Source: a virus
Length of the DNA stretch: 51,138 nucleotides
Reading direction: 5' to 3' (one strand)
Virus record (IMG/VR): IMGVR_UViG_3300002054_000001
Coordinates: 1-51,138 of that record
In this document: piece after piece, positions 15,923-24,619 of the stretch
Numbering within the stretch: the stretch's first letter is position 1
Layout of the letters: every line of letters starts with the position of its first letter
Position numbers and translations under genes: made by a program
Notes under the pieces: model-generated
What the model saw: the letters and a program-made list of their open reading frames with translations, nothing else
The model's database searches: none
Told to the model about the DNA's origin: nothing

Positions 15923-17218
15923 ATGGAGAATGATAGAACAAGTGAACACGAGCGCACGGTGCTAGGCGCAATCTTCCTCGATAGGGAAGCTATGCCAAAG
16001 GCCTACAACGTCGTCAAAGCAGATGACTTCCAAGCGGATAGTCACAAAGAGATCTACGCAACTATGGTAGACATGTTTCAAAAGGGATCTCCAATCGACA
16101 TCATCACAGTGATGGATGCACTGGAGGCTCGAAACAACGTAACAATACAAGCCTCATACCTAGCAGACCTAGTGACTCTCGTGCCGAGCGCATCAAACAT
16201 CGCCTACTACGCAAAACTCGTAAGAGAAGCAAGTGTGCGAAGATCAGCTCAAAAGATAGGGTACGACATTCAGGAACTAAGCAAGGACGCATCAATATCA
16301 GCAGAAGAACTGGTACAGAAGGCCTACGGTATCGTCGTGGGAATGAACCGAAACGTATCAGAGCGAAAGACCATCATCCAATACCTTGAAGAAGATGCAG
16401 AGTTCAAGGCAAGGGTACAGGAGGCCGAGCGCAACAATCAGAAATACATAGAATACTCATCAGGCTTCGATCAGTACGACTATGTTTCAAAAGGAATGTA
16501 CGACGGCCTCACGCATGTCATAGGAGCTGCTGCTGGTACTGGTAAGACCTACCTAGCCATCAACATGATAAAGCCAATCATTGCATCAGGAGGCTACCCA
16601 GTGTTCATCTCAATCGAGCAGACTGGACGAGCGGTGATAAACCGACTACAGAAATGCCTCAAAACAGCAGGCGCAGACATGGTGAAATACTTGCGTGATG
16701 ACAAGATGGCCATCATCGAGAACGTCAGCGCAATGGAGGAGATCGTGATGATAATGCAGTCCTATGCGATGCAGCACGACAACTGTGTATTTTTCGTAGA
16801 CTACATTCAGATCGTGCAGAGCAATGAGGAGCAATACGAACGTATCACCAATGCCATGCTGGGTATACGTGATGCAGCAAAGCGACTCAGGACACCAGCG
16901 ATCGTCCTCTCTCAGATGAACCAAGAGCATGTCAAAAAGGGAAAGGCTGGCGACAGTGGCTTCAAAGGATCTGGTGCGATGATCGAGTATGGTGATGTCG
17001 TCTCGGAGCTGCGCTATGACTCAGACGATACGTGGGGTGATAGAACAGACGACCAAGGCAAGGGCAATGACATACGGATCAACTGGCTCATCCTCAAAAA
17101 CAAAGAGGGTATCGGTGGAAAGATCAGCTTGCTATTCAATGGTGACAAGGGAATGTTTCGTCAGATGACTGAGAATGAGAAGATAACTCGTGAAGCTCAA
17201 CTCTATGGACAAACATAA
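15923..17218 (+). CDS. dnaB: DnaB-family replicative helicase
   Basis: N-terminal domain ERTVLGAIFLD...HKEIYATMVDMF..GSPIDIITV. Walker A GAAAGTGKTYLAINM. Downstream FFVDYIQIV and SQMNQE. Confidence 0.85.
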   Translation: MENDRTSEHERTVLGAIFLDREAMPKAYNVVKADDFQADSHKEIYATMVDMFQKGSPIDIITVMDALEARNNVTIQASYLADLVTLVPSASNIAYYAKLVREASVRRSAQKIGYDIQELSKDASISAEELVQKAYGIVVGMNRNVSERKTIIQYLEEDAEFKARVQEAERNNQKYIEYSSGFDQYDYVSKGMYDGLTHVIGAAAGTGKTYLAINMIKPIIASGGYPVFISIEQTGRAVINRLQKCLKTAGADMVKYLRDDKMAIIENVSAMEEIVMIMQSYAMQHDNCVFFVDYIQIVQSNEEQYERITNAMLGIRDAAKRLRTPAIVLSQMNQEHVKKGKAGDSGFKGSGAMIEYGDVVSELRYDSDDTWGDRTDDQGKGNDIRINWLILKNKEGIGGKISLLFNGDKGMFRQMTENEKITREAQLYGQT

Positions 17219-17513
17219 GTATGATGACAGCCTCGACTTCGATCGGACAGTGTTCACCAGAGAAGGCTCATACATTGTCCGATCAAACATGATGAAGGAT
17301 CTCGTGAAGGAGCATATCGAAGCACGCAACTATCGCTACGCACAATTTCTCATGCAGGAGTTCTCAGAGTTCTTCGAGGAGAAACATCACAAGTGGGCTG
17401 CCATCTTCTTTCCTGAACTGGAGAGAAACGGAAAGCTCACAGACTGGAACATCAATTTTAAGAGAGAGGGAGTCTTCCCAAAAAAGCGAAGTAAAAAACG
17501 TAAAAAATCATAA
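17205..17513 (+). CDS. hypothetical protein (102 aa from ATG 17205; the track start is GTG 17190)
   Basis: ORF overlapping the end of the helicase gene. Lys-rich C-terminus. Confidence 0.5.
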   Translation: MDKHKYDDSLDFDRTVFTREGSYIVRSNMMKDLVKEHIEARNYRYAQFLMQEFSEFFEEKHHKWAAIFFPELERNGKLTDWNINFKREGVFPKKRSKKRKKS

Positions 17514-17572
17514 TGATACCAGAAAACTACAACCCAGACGAAAAATGTGGACACTGTGAATAGACGCTCTAT

Positions 17573-17941
17573 GTGGAGTCAGATCTGTCTCGTGGCCACA
17601 TTAAGATGATGATAGGCATAATTCAATACATCAAAGAAAATGGATACAAACCATTTCTGATCGCTGATCTTTTGGAAGCTGGCTACATAACAAACAACAT
17701 GCGCAACAATGCAACTCATCTCAGATACCACAGACTCATTAAAAAAATAGGACATGCAAAATGGGAAGTGACAGATAAAGGCGTAGACTTCTATCGTGGT
17801 CGCAAGATACCAAAAACTGTCGTCAGGAAAAAGTCTACAGGTGAGGTGATAGGGTACACTGGGGAGGTATGTATCGACCAGTATTTGTCGAAGACAGAGC
17901 ATCAGTTTCAGCAGCGTAAAATGTATGCGCAACCACAATGA
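17573..17941 (+). CDS. hypothetical protein, possible winged-helix DNA binder (122 aa; start uncertain, GTG 17573 or the downstream ATG pair)
   Basis: ORF is in frame with a 16-codon CxxC mini-ORF (17513..17563) that ends in TAG. Confidence 0.5.
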   Translation: MESDLSRGHIKMMIGIIQYIKENGYKPFLIADLLEAGYITNNMRNNATHLRYHRLIKKIGHAKWEVTDKGVDFYRGRKIPKTVVRKKSTGEVIGYTGEVCIDQYLSKTEHQFQQRKMYAQPQ

Positions 17942-18180
17942 CGTTTGTAAGACACAAGAGCGACAAGCTCCATCCAGTACGAGTGCTATATGCGAAAGAG
18001 CAATACCTCGAAGCGTGGAAGCTGTACATGACAATAGTGGATAAGATCTCACCAGAGCAGGGACGCTTCGTCGAGTGGAAGCTGCGCCAGAAGCTCACCA
18101 AGAAGCAAAAGAAGGCTACTAGACACGATATAATAGATTTTCAAAGAGGATATGGAGACTTCAAAAAAAGAAAAAAATGA
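17938..18180 (+). CDS. hypothetical basic protein (80 aa)
   Basis: ATGA overlap with the upstream gene. Confidence 0.55.
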   Translation: MTFVRHKSDKLHPVRVLYAKEQYLEAWKLYMTIVDKISPEQGRFVEWKLRQKLTKKQKKATRHDIIDFQRGYGDFKKRKK

Positions 18181-18442
18181 TGATGGGATCGTACTCAAAG
18201 AGAGATACACCTACACATGTATCGGCTGTGGGTACGTCCTAAAAGATCGAGTAGCGCCAAGTCTGTTCATGCAGACAGGCATGGCGAACAGAGGTGGCGT
18301 AGGTTGCCCTGAGTGCAAGAAATACAACTACGTCAAGATCGACATGAAGACAAATACAATGGTCAATGACAAAGAGATGCAGTCTGAGGCTAATCAATTT
18401 AAAGCTAAGTATGAAAAGAACGAGGCTAAAAGCGAAGGGTAA
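18152..18442 (+). CDS. zinc-ribbon protein (96 aa)
   Basis: Cys pattern CIGCG ... CPECK. Confidence 0.55.
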   Translation: METSKKEKNDDGIVLKERYTYTCIGCGYVLKDRVAPSLFMQTGMANRGGVGCPECKKYNYVKIDMKTNTMVNDKEMQSEANQFKAKYEKNEAKSEG

Positions 18443-18737
18443 GGTAGGGAGAGCAAACGATAAAGCACGGAAGATGATCGGCAAGTTCGCTCAGGATCAC
18501 GCACTCAACTTGTGTGAAATGAACCTAGAAGGATGTGAGGGTAACTACAATATAGCTCCTGCTCATCGTCACAAGCGTAGACACTACAAAGGAAATGCTG
18601 ATGCTCTAGCAGATCCAAAGCAGTGGGTGGTGGCATGTCAGAAGTGCCACATGACACAGGAGGATGATCGAGAACTCACAGAGGAGATCTTCACAAAGCT
18701 GAGAGGGTCTGATAACTTGAAAGAACTGCTACAATGA
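18411..18737 (+). CDS. NinG/HNH-like Cys/His protein (108 aa from ATG 18411; the track start is 18366)
   Basis: Basic N-terminus MKRTRLKAKGK, then CEMNLEGCEG..APAHRHKRRH...ACQKCH. Confidence 0.45.
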   Translation: MKRTRLKAKGKVGRANDKARKMIGKFAQDHALNLCEMNLEGCEGNYNIAPAHRHKRRHYKGNADALADPKQWVVACQKCHMTQEDDRELTEEIFTKLRGSDNLKELLQ

Positions 18738-19063
18738 ACCAAGTAAAAATCAAACCACTATCGGTCAATAAGGCATGGCAAGGTAAGCGCTACAAGACAC
18801 CAGAGTACAAAGACTACAGGATGTTATTGCGGTACACACTTCCTGATGTAGCACCTATACCAAAGCCCATGCTGCTCTATGTGAGGTTCTATGTTTCGAG
18901 TAAGGCATCAGACCTAGACAACCTCCTAAAACCCTTCATAGACGCACTACAGGACAAGTACGGCTTCGATGACAAAGAGATCTACGAGATCCACTGCTCT
19001 AAGCGCATTGTCAAAAAAGGAGAGGAAAGTATAACATTTAACTTTGAACAATATGATCTGTAA
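18734..19063 (+). CDS. rusA: RusA-family Holliday-junction resolvase
   Basis: KPLSVNKAWQGKRYKT, SDLDNLLKPFIDALQ, FDDKEIYEI: typical RusA acidic motifs and length (109 aa). Confidence 0.75.
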   Translation: MNQVKIKPLSVNKAWQGKRYKTPEYKDYRMLLRYTLPDVAPIPKPMLLYVRFYVSSKASDLDNLLKPFIDALQDKYGFDDKEIYEIHCSKRIVKKGEESITFNFEQYDL

Positions 19064-19262
19064 AGAAGAAAATTGCAAGGGAGATATTCTAGTGAACGCA
19101 CAGCTAGTATTCAAGTGGGATCGTGAGACTGGAAAGCCAGTGAAACCAAGGATCAACGTAGAGAACGCTGTGTGCGTAGCTTGTCACAACACTGTGGATA
19201 ACGAAGCTCTGACTAAGATAGATAAAACGGCTAAAGATCTATTGACTAAAAGTGAAGAATAA
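19053..19262 (+). CDS. zinc-ribbon small protein (69 aa from ATG 19053)
   Basis: Cys pattern CKEENC ... CVAC. Confidence 0.5.
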   Translation: MICKEENCKGDILVNAQLVFKWDRETGKPVKPRINVENAVCVACHNTVDNEALTKIDKTAKDLLTKSEE

Positions 19263-19277
19263 GATACAATAAACCCT

Positions 19278-19478
19278 ATGAGAGTAGATACTAAAATAAC
19301 AGAAGATGATGTGTACAAGCTCCTTCGCTCATTCAAGTCGAAGAAGCCACTGTCTCCAACGATCAGCAGCATGGTCGGATATTTTGGTGTCTCAAAGAGC
19401 TTGCTCCACAAGAAGCTCAATGCTCTTGTCGAATCAGGCCGAGTAGATAAGGTCGGAAACAACTACTACACAAAATAG
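19278..19478 (+). CDS. small winged-helix DNA-binding protein (66 aa)
   Basis: ISSMVGYFGVSKSLLHKKLNALVESGRV helix-turn-helix. Confidence 0.55.
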   Translation: MRVDTKITEDDVYKLLRSFKSKKPLSPTISSMVGYFGVSKSLLHKKLNALVESGRVDKVGNNYYTK

Positions 19479-19489
19479 TCTCAAATCTG

Positions 19490-19498
19490 TGTTATAAT
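19490..19498 (+). promoter_or_regulatory. extended -10 promoter TGTTATAAT
   Basis: Perfect TGnTATAAT 12 nt after the stop codon of the HTH gene. Confidence 0.5.
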
Positions 19499-19504
19499 AC
19501 CGTT

Positions 19505-19592
19505 GGCAGCAATGCCGCAGTGTACAACCGTCGTCACACAAGAAATAGGTTGTTTACAGAGGAGGAGGCTCACGCCTCCTTTTCATTTTTTT
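19505..19592 (+). ncRNA. short structured leader or terminated transcript (about 85 nt)
   Basis: Hairpin GGCA-GCAA-TGCC (19505-19516). Hairpin ACAACC/GGTTGT (19524-19553). Ends in the terminator hairpin. Confidence 0.45.
19563..19592 (+). terminator. intrinsic terminator
   Basis: AGGAGGC-tcac-GCCTCCT followed by TTTTCATTTTTTT, which abuts ATG 19593. Confidence 0.7.
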
Positions 19593-19871
19593 ATGGAAGA
19601 AGAAAACTACAAAGAGTACAAGGTCGTCATCAAGGTTGTAAACTCCAAACATGATCGAGGGCCAATCCGTATGCCAATGCACGAAGTTGTAAGGGGTGTT
19701 GTTGCTGAGGATGAAGATAAGGCTGCTGAGGTGGCTCAGGAGATCCTCGGAGCGACAAAGGGCTATGTGCCGAACAAGTTTGACTTTATAGACGTTATGG
19801 TGGTAGAGGAAAACTATGATAAAATAAGAGGCAACTATAATCGAAACCTAACACAAAACTATGCCAGATAA
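19593..19871 (+). CDS. hypothetical protein (92 aa from ATG 19593; the track start at 19503 would translate the terminator)
   Basis: ORF. Confidence 0.55.
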   Translation: MEEENYKEYKVVIKVVNSKHDRGPIRMPMHEVVRGVVAEDEDKAAEVAQEILGATKGYVPNKFDFIDVMVVEENYDKIRGNYNRNLTQNYAR

Positions 19872-20118
19872 CACATGTACAACACCTGTAGGATACGACA
19901 ATCGAAACAGGTCAATCACCGAGGGTGATAGGATCTCTCATATCAGAGAAGGTCGATGTGGAACGATCGAGTGTGGTATGATTGTCTTTCCAAATGGAGA
20001 GAAGCATGATGCCGCAGGATACATCAAAATGAACCAAGAGCATCTACGCATCAAGTTCTCAGAAACTCACTGTATCAACGAGCAATGTCTCCCAGCAGAT
20101 AACTGTGCTTCATGCTAA
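19861..20118 (+). CDS. hypothetical Cys-rich protein (85 aa)
   Basis: ORF overlapping its neighbours by a few nt. Confidence 0.55.
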   Translation: MPDNTCTTPVGYDNRNRSITEGDRISHIREGRCGTIECGMIVFPNGEKHDAAGYIKMNQEHLRIKFSETHCINEQCLPADNCASC

Positions 20119-20453
20119 GGAAAGAATACAAGGTGACGATCGACACCGAAGAAGGGAAGATCGTAAGTTATGGACTAGGCCTACCAGAGAAATGTGATGT
20201 TTCGCTGGCGGCCGCCATAATGATGGATCAGATGAACGCAATGACAAAGGCAAACAAAGGTGTGAAGGTAGAGCGTCGATACAGGCTCGTACTCAGAACC
20301 ATCTACTACCTATTCATGCTGCGCTACAACTCCAGGATCGCAATACTGGTAGCCAAAAAGAAGCGAGTCACAATGATGATCGCAGCCTACCTCAATGGTA
20401 AGCGGTCGGAGCGAGTCGCTGAGAAGGTAAAAAAAGTAATGCAAGTCAAATGA
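20112..20453 (+). CDS. hypothetical protein (113 aa)
   Basis: ORF with ATGA coupling to the next gene. Confidence 0.55.
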   Translation: MLRKEYKVTIDTEEGKIVSYGLGLPEKCDVSLAAAIMMDQMNAMTKANKGVKVERRYRLVLRTIYYLFMLRYNSRIAILVAKKKRVTMMIAAYLNGKRSERVAEKVKKVMQVK

Positions 20454-20830
20454 GCCAAAAGGTCACAATTCAACAGCACAAGAGGGAAGACATAAAAGAC
20501 TACTCTCACGTTGTCAGGATAAATGGAGCGGTGGTATCAGACACTAAAGAGACTCAGGACTATACGGTTGCACATTTCTACGAGATGAAACCATCAGGGA
20601 CATTCGAGGAGGCTGAGGCTTTCCTAGATGAGTTCAGGAAGTGGGCCGTAGAACATCATGGAGACTACAGGTTCAATGCTCAAACCAGAATGAACGAGGG
20701 CAGGATACCAGTAGGATACACATGTTGGTGCAGCGCAATGGAGGCGTATCTCTTGGAGAAGGGGTTTTATAGCCCAAACAGCAAAGACCCAGAAGAAGAT
20801 CGGTATCGAGATAAATGGTTTATAAAATAA
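20450..20830 (+). CDS. hypothetical protein (126 aa)
   Basis: ORF. Confidence 0.6.
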   Translation: MSQKVTIQQHKREDIKDYSHVVRINGAVVSDTKETQDYTVAHFYEMKPSGTFEEAEAFLDEFRKWAVEHHGDYRFNAQTRMNEGRIPVGYTCWCSAMEAYLLEKGFYSPNSKDPEEDRYRDKWFIK

Positions 20831-21342
20831 CAAGCTATATGCTAAACAAGATCAAACAATTTTTCGCAGGACGACCACAGCAGCTCACAGAGTCAGACTT
20901 TGATGAGCTAGTAGACAAGACCGCAGCAGAGGAAACCCATGACATCAAGGGACTCAAAGTAAAAAAGAGCGACAACGAAGGTATCTATGCAGCGTTCTAT
21001 GACACGCCATACTCAATCATCAATGTGGCAGGCCAGCATCCAAAGATCATGAACGATCGTATCGTATTGCAGCACAGCAAGAATGGTAAGTCAGTCCGTG
21101 AGGATCGCTTCACAGATGTCAAAGCACTATTCTCACATGTACTGGATCTACAGATCAACGACCGACAATTTCACGGTATCCACATGGACAAGAAACTACG
21201 TGAGCATTTCGAAGAGTACACTCAGAACTTCATCACAGAGTCCACCAACGAGCAGAGCCTAGAGGAGATCCTAAAGACAGCCATCCAAGCTAATAAGGAG
21301 AAGGCTGAAATCATTGCAGACATAAAAGTATCTACTATATGA
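20815..21342 (+). CDS. hypothetical protein (175 aa; ATG 20839 is an alternative start)
   Basis: ORF. Confidence 0.6.
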   Translation: MVYKITSYMLNKIKQFFAGRPQQLTESDFDELVDKTAAEETHDIKGLKVKKSDNEGIYAAFYDTPYSIINVAGQHPKIMNDRIVLQHSKNGKSVREDRFTDVKALFSHVLDLQINDRQFHGIHMDKKLREHFEEYTQNFITESTNEQSLEEILKTAIQANKEKAEIIADIKVSTI

Positions 21343-21566
21343 AACTAAAACAAGGCGACTACGTACAGATCAAAGAGGTAGCTCCAGGCGTGGAAATCCC
21401 ACACGTATATTTCAAGTTGGGAGTATTGCAAGTTCAGAAGAACGAGCCAGAGAACCCAGAAGCACCAGAAGGTGATCGTAAGTGGCATGTACGTCAAATG
21501 CGAAATGAGCATGGGAAAAAGATGTCACATCTAATTGAAGAAAGATATTTTGTAAAAGTAGTATGA
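21339..21566 (+). CDS. hypothetical protein (75 aa)
   Basis: ORF with ATGA couplings on both sides. Confidence 0.55.
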   Translation: MKLKQGDYVQIKEVAPGVEIPHVYFKLGVLQVQKNEPENPEAPEGDRKWHVRQMRNEHGKKMSHLIEERYFVKVV

Positions 21567-21967
21567 ACCCACAAAACCCACTACAACCAGGACAGCTTCT
21601 AGTCACTCCACAAGGTACGCACATCTATGACATGCAGATGAACTACCTCGGAATGATCCCACCAGTTGCAGCAGTGCCAACAGCTCCAGTAGCGCCAGCG
21701 CCAGCTCCAGCCGTAGCGCCAGTGGCGGCAGCACCAGCTCCAGCAGCCGCAGCTCCAGCGCCAGTGCAACCAGTAGAGCATCCAGACCCAGAAAACCTCA
21801 CAGTAGTAGCCGAGGCAAATAAGGTAGGGAAGGATCTATTTGCAAACTCAGAGCCAGACGCAAAGGAGCGACCAGATAGACAGATCTATCTTGATGCAAG
21901 TAAGGAGCATGTAAAAGAGGAAGATACAAAGATGCGAAAACAGATGGAAGGTGGCGCATTGATGTAG
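21563..21967 (+). CDS. hypothetical protein with an Ala/Pro-rich low-complexity core (134 aa)
   Basis: Core sequence PVAAVPTAPVAPAPAPAVAPVAAAPAPAAAAPAPVQP. Confidence 0.55.
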   Translation: MNPQNPLQPGQLLVTPQGTHIYDMQMNYLGMIPPVAAVPTAPVAPAPAPAVAPVAAAPAPAAAAPAPVQPVEHPDPENLTVVAEANKVGKDLFANSEPDAKERPDRQIYLDASKEHVKEEDTKMRKQMEGGALM

Positions 21968-21982
21968 ATATAGAAACAAATA

Positions 21983-22016
21983 AGAGCCTAGCTGTGGATA
22001 ACTCTAGGCTCTTTAT
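21983..22016 (+). terminator. intrinsic terminator
   Basis: AGAGCCTAG-12 nt-CTAGGCTCT followed by TTAT. Confidence 0.6.
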
Positions 22017-22018
22017 GC

Positions 22019-22047
22019 TTGACTCATTGTCTATCATATACTACACT
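22019..22047 (+). promoter_or_regulatory. sigma70-type promoter (TTGACT, 17 nt spacer, TACACT)
   Basis: Same -35 hexamer and spacer length as the promoter at 11197. Directly follows a terminator. Confidence 0.5.
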
Positions 22048-22075
22048 AATAGTGTAAGAAATAAAGACAAAAGTT

Positions 22076-22291
22076 ATGAACAATGTAATGCAAACGGCCT
22101 CAATGACTCTCAGTCACGGTGTGATGTCAGGGTTCAATGTCCACACAACTTCCGACCAGGAAGTAGGATACGAAAACTGTGATGTGTGCGGTAACTCATA
22201 TCTCGAAATGGAAATCAACGAGACAAAAAATGAGTACGGCGAAGCAGTCTACACATGTGACGGTTGCGAGGTTGTACTTGAAAGTCTTTAA
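22076..22291 (+). CDS. zinc-ribbon small protein (71 aa)
   Basis: Cys pattern CDVCG ... CDGCE. Followed by hairpin GGAGGGCA/TGCCTTCC (22299-22320), which has no T-run. Confidence 0.55.
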   Translation: MNNVMQTASMTLSHGVMSGFNVHTTSDQEVGYENCDVCGNSYLEMEINETKNEYGEAVYTCDGCEVVLESL

Positions 22292-22351
22292 CGAACACGG
22301 AGGGCATACATGTGCCTTCCGATGTCCGCTAAATAACTAATAAATGTGACG

Positions 22352-23005
22352 ATGGAAGACGACAAGAAGCAGATAGACAAATCCATGCGTGATGCCCTAG
22401 TGGGACGGAACGCAACGGTAGACCTATCTGGGCCTTCTGCGATGGACTTCTCTCACTCGACGATACAAAACCTTTGGGTAAATGTACATCATCGAAAGCA
22501 GGAAGATGGCATCGAACAAGGCGAGACAAATGTACACGCAAAGTCTGACTTTGCAACATCACCAGAGGAAATCGGTGATAGGCTCGAAGTCGCTCGAAAA
22601 GAGTGGGAGGAGCGAAAGACAGCAGGCGAGAACATCCATGCTAAAGCTGAGGCAGGCCTCATAGCAGAGGATGAAGTAAAACCAGTAGGCGCAAAGACGT
22701 TCGCTGCTTCTGATGGAGTAGAGGACGGCGAGACGACTGCGAACGAAGACACGCCAGTGGGTAGCGCAAGCTACTCAGCGAAGTGGGAAAGGAACAAGAG
22801 CGATAATGAAAGTATAACGATGAGAGATCCAATCACCTTCACAGGTGTCATGGTTCGGCTCATGGTGCTATCAATGATCTTGATCCTAATGCTAGTAGGG
22901 TACAAGTGGTGGAAGTCACAGCCTAAAACATTCACAGGTGATGTGATCTCGGAACTACGTGCCGCAAATACGTCGGAAACTAAATCATCTAAACTAGATC
23001 TATGA
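22352..23005 (+). CDS. C-terminally membrane-anchored protein (217 aa from ATG 22352)
   Basis: TM segment VMVRLMVLSMILILMLVGYKWW near the C-terminus. Confidence 0.55.
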   Translation: MEDDKKQIDKSMRDALVGRNATVDLSGPSAMDFSHSTIQNLWVNVHHRKQEDGIEQGETNVHAKSDFATSPEEIGDRLEVARKEWEERKTAGENIHAKAEAGLIAEDEVKPVGAKTFAASDGVEDGETTANEDTPVGSASYSAKWERNKSDNESITMRDPITFTGVMVRLMVLSMILILMLVGYKWWKSQPKTFTGDVISELRAANTSETKSSKLDL

Positions 23006-23604
23006 CAAAGGGAGCATGGTTTGTCCTACTTATGGGACTTTTGATACTAGGGTTCGTTATCTCACAAGAGGTGGACGCAACTGATGGGCCATTTATCGGT
23101 GACGCACAATGTGGATCAGTGCATGGCGAGACTATCGAGAACTTCGATGGACTCAATAGCAGTGATCTGTGTGCAGTAGGAGGGCCGCAAGGTCACGCAC
23201 CAAAACAGACTGATACTGGATGGCAGTGGATCTGCTATGACACCAATGGGTACGATCAAGGGCTGCGCTGTAATGCAACCCAGAAACAGATTGAAGTCCC
23301 AAAAGAGGAAACGACGGAAGAAGAAACCGTCGTAGAGGAGGTGCAAGAAATCGCACCAAAGCCAGAAGAAAACGTCGTCGTTCGTGAAATACCACAACCT
23401 GTAGTGTCACAACCGATCATCGAAGCACCAAAGAAAAAGAGTAGTGGTTCAAGTAAGAGCCGCAACAAGCACGAAGTATTCGAGCATGAGTGCCAAATCG
23501 ACCGAGACGATGCGACATGGGACTACTCACGCCGATCACGCTCAGAGATCAAGGAGCGATGTCGTGCAGAGGTAGCAGCGTGTCCTATCCGATCACAACG
23601 ATAA
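23002..23604 (+). CDS. secreted or membrane Cys-containing protein (200 aa)
   Basis: Signal/anchor AWFVLLMGLLILGFVISQ. Cys-spaced domain CGSVHG..LCAVGG..WQWICYD..LRCNA. Glu/Pro-rich linker. Confidence 0.6.
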   Translation: MTKGAWFVLLMGLLILGFVISQEVDATDGPFIGDAQCGSVHGETIENFDGLNSSDLCAVGGPQGHAPKQTDTGWQWICYDTNGYDQGLRCNATQKQIEVPKEETTEEETVVEEVQEIAPKPEENVVVREIPQPVVSQPIIEAPKKKSSGSSKSRNKHEVFEHECQIDRDDATWDYSRRSRSEIKERCRAEVAACPIRSQR

Positions 23605-23605
23605 T

Positions 23606-23776
23606 ATGAACTACGCACTATGGATAGGGTTCGCATCTTTCAGCCTCGGATATAATCTATCTCAGGCGATGTGGCATGGTCATATCATCAGTTGGTTCGG
23701 AGTTTTATGTGGGGTAGTAGGCGCTTCGGCGTTCTACTACCTCATCAAAAAGGAGGAGAATAACAAGTTTTTATAA
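23606..23776 (+). CDS. small membrane protein (56 aa); not in the track
   Basis: Hand translation MNYALWIGFASFSLG...WFGVLCGVVGASAFYYLI. Confidence 0.45.
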   Translation: MNYALWIGFASFSLGYNLSQAMWHGHIISWFGVLCGVVGASAFYYLIKKEENNKFL

Positions 23777-23785
23777 AGTATTTTT

Positions 23786-24184
23786 ATGGGTGAAAAAAAG
23801 AAACGAGCAAGGCGAACAGCAAGTCGGAAGGTAGAGAAGGCAGTAGATCCATTGCCAAAGTTCTTCATCAGGTATGAGGAGTTCTCAAATGGTGATACCA
23901 GCTACTCAATATGCAACCGTGCAGATGAGATGCGTCGAGAGAATATGCCTAGTGGTATACTAGGAGCGATCGACAAGGAGGTAAGATCAGCCCTCAAAAA
24001 AGATGGCATCACAGAAGAAGAAATGCAGAGTCTACCAAAGCCACCTATGTGTAGCGTACACAAGAAGGCCGACAAGACTGAAATCTTTGAAATCTCTCGT
24101 GGTTTGTATCGTGCAATGAGAGACGATAATCAGACACAAGCGATGATGCTCAAAATTGCTGAGGGTTGCAATGGTAAATGCTAA
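23786..24184 (+). CDS. hypothetical basic protein (132 aa)
   Basis: ORF. Confidence 0.6.
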   Translation: MGEKKKRARRTASRKVEKAVDPLPKFFIRYEEFSNGDTSYSICNRADEMRRENMPSGILGAIDKEVRSALKKDGITEEEMQSLPKPPMCSVHKKADKTEIFEISRGLYRAMRDDNQTQAMMLKIAEGCNGKC

Positions 24185-24193
24185 AGCAATCGT

Positions 24194-24430
24194 ATGAGTG
24201 ATTGGATAGATGATGACAAGAAAATCACATACTCATACCACTACTATCAGGACGGTAGCTGGCTAGAAATGAAAGCTGCCGATCTGGTAGATTGGTGGAG
24301 GAGTATGATGTGTAAAATGGGCCGCCATAAGTTGCGGTGCAAACTTCGGAAAAAAAGGAGAGGAGAATGGGTGTGCAAGAGATACAAGTGTGTCTATTGT
24401 TTCACCGTCGTAACACCTAAACAGGACTGA
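24194..24430 (+). CDS. hypothetical Cys-containing protein (78 aa)
   Basis: ORF. Confidence 0.55.
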   Translation: MSDWIDDDKKITYSYHYYQDGSWLEMKAADLVDWWRSMMCKMGRHKLRCKLRKKRRGEWVCKRYKCVYCFTVVTPKQD

Positions 24431-24585
24431 TGTCACACCAAGAACGCTATCAGAGAGAATGGGAGCAGAAAAATCTAGGCAAGAAAAACTATGGCTGCCT
24501 AGTCTACGCTTTTCTTCTGCTGGGACTATGGTGCTGGGGTATGTATGCCGCAGCAATGGCCATATTCAGGGCAGTGTTTGGGTAG
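24430..24585 (+). CDS. small membrane protein (51 aa); not in the track
   Basis: TGATG coupling. Hydrophobic segment CLVYAFLLLGLWCWGMYAAAMAIF. Confidence 0.4.
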   Translation: MSHQERYQREWEQKNLGKKNYGCLVYAFLLLGLWCWGMYAAAMAIFRAVFG

Positions 24586-24619
24586 GCAAAATGTGTAATC
24601 TATGATATAGTATAAGTAT

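Noticed and set aside
17513-17941. The 16-codon CxxC mini-ORF (MIPENYNPDEKCGHCE) is in frame with ORF 17573 and separated from it only by TAG 17561-17563, which suggests amber readthrough or stop-codon reassignment.
   Set aside because: TAG cleanly terminates several well-supported genes (1715, 9325, 13696, 14334, 19478, 21967), and no other gene needs TAG readthrough. A local readthrough event cannot be excluded, but nothing else supports it.
19503-19592. The track's N-terminal extension of ORF 19503..19871 (MAAMPQCTT...QRRRLTPPFHFF).
   Set aside because: This stretch consists of the promoter-proximal hairpins and the terminator stem plus T-run. The TTG start has no support, and ATG 19593 directly follows the T-run.
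21650-21790. Short direct DNA repeats (GCGCCAG / CCAGCTCCAG here, similar ones at 36700-36920, and GAT/GAA runs at 35380-35560) as a possible CRISPR array or satellite.
   Set aside because: They are in frame inside ORFs and encode Ala/Pro-rich or Asp/Glu-rich low-complexity protein segments. There is no repeat-spacer periodicity.
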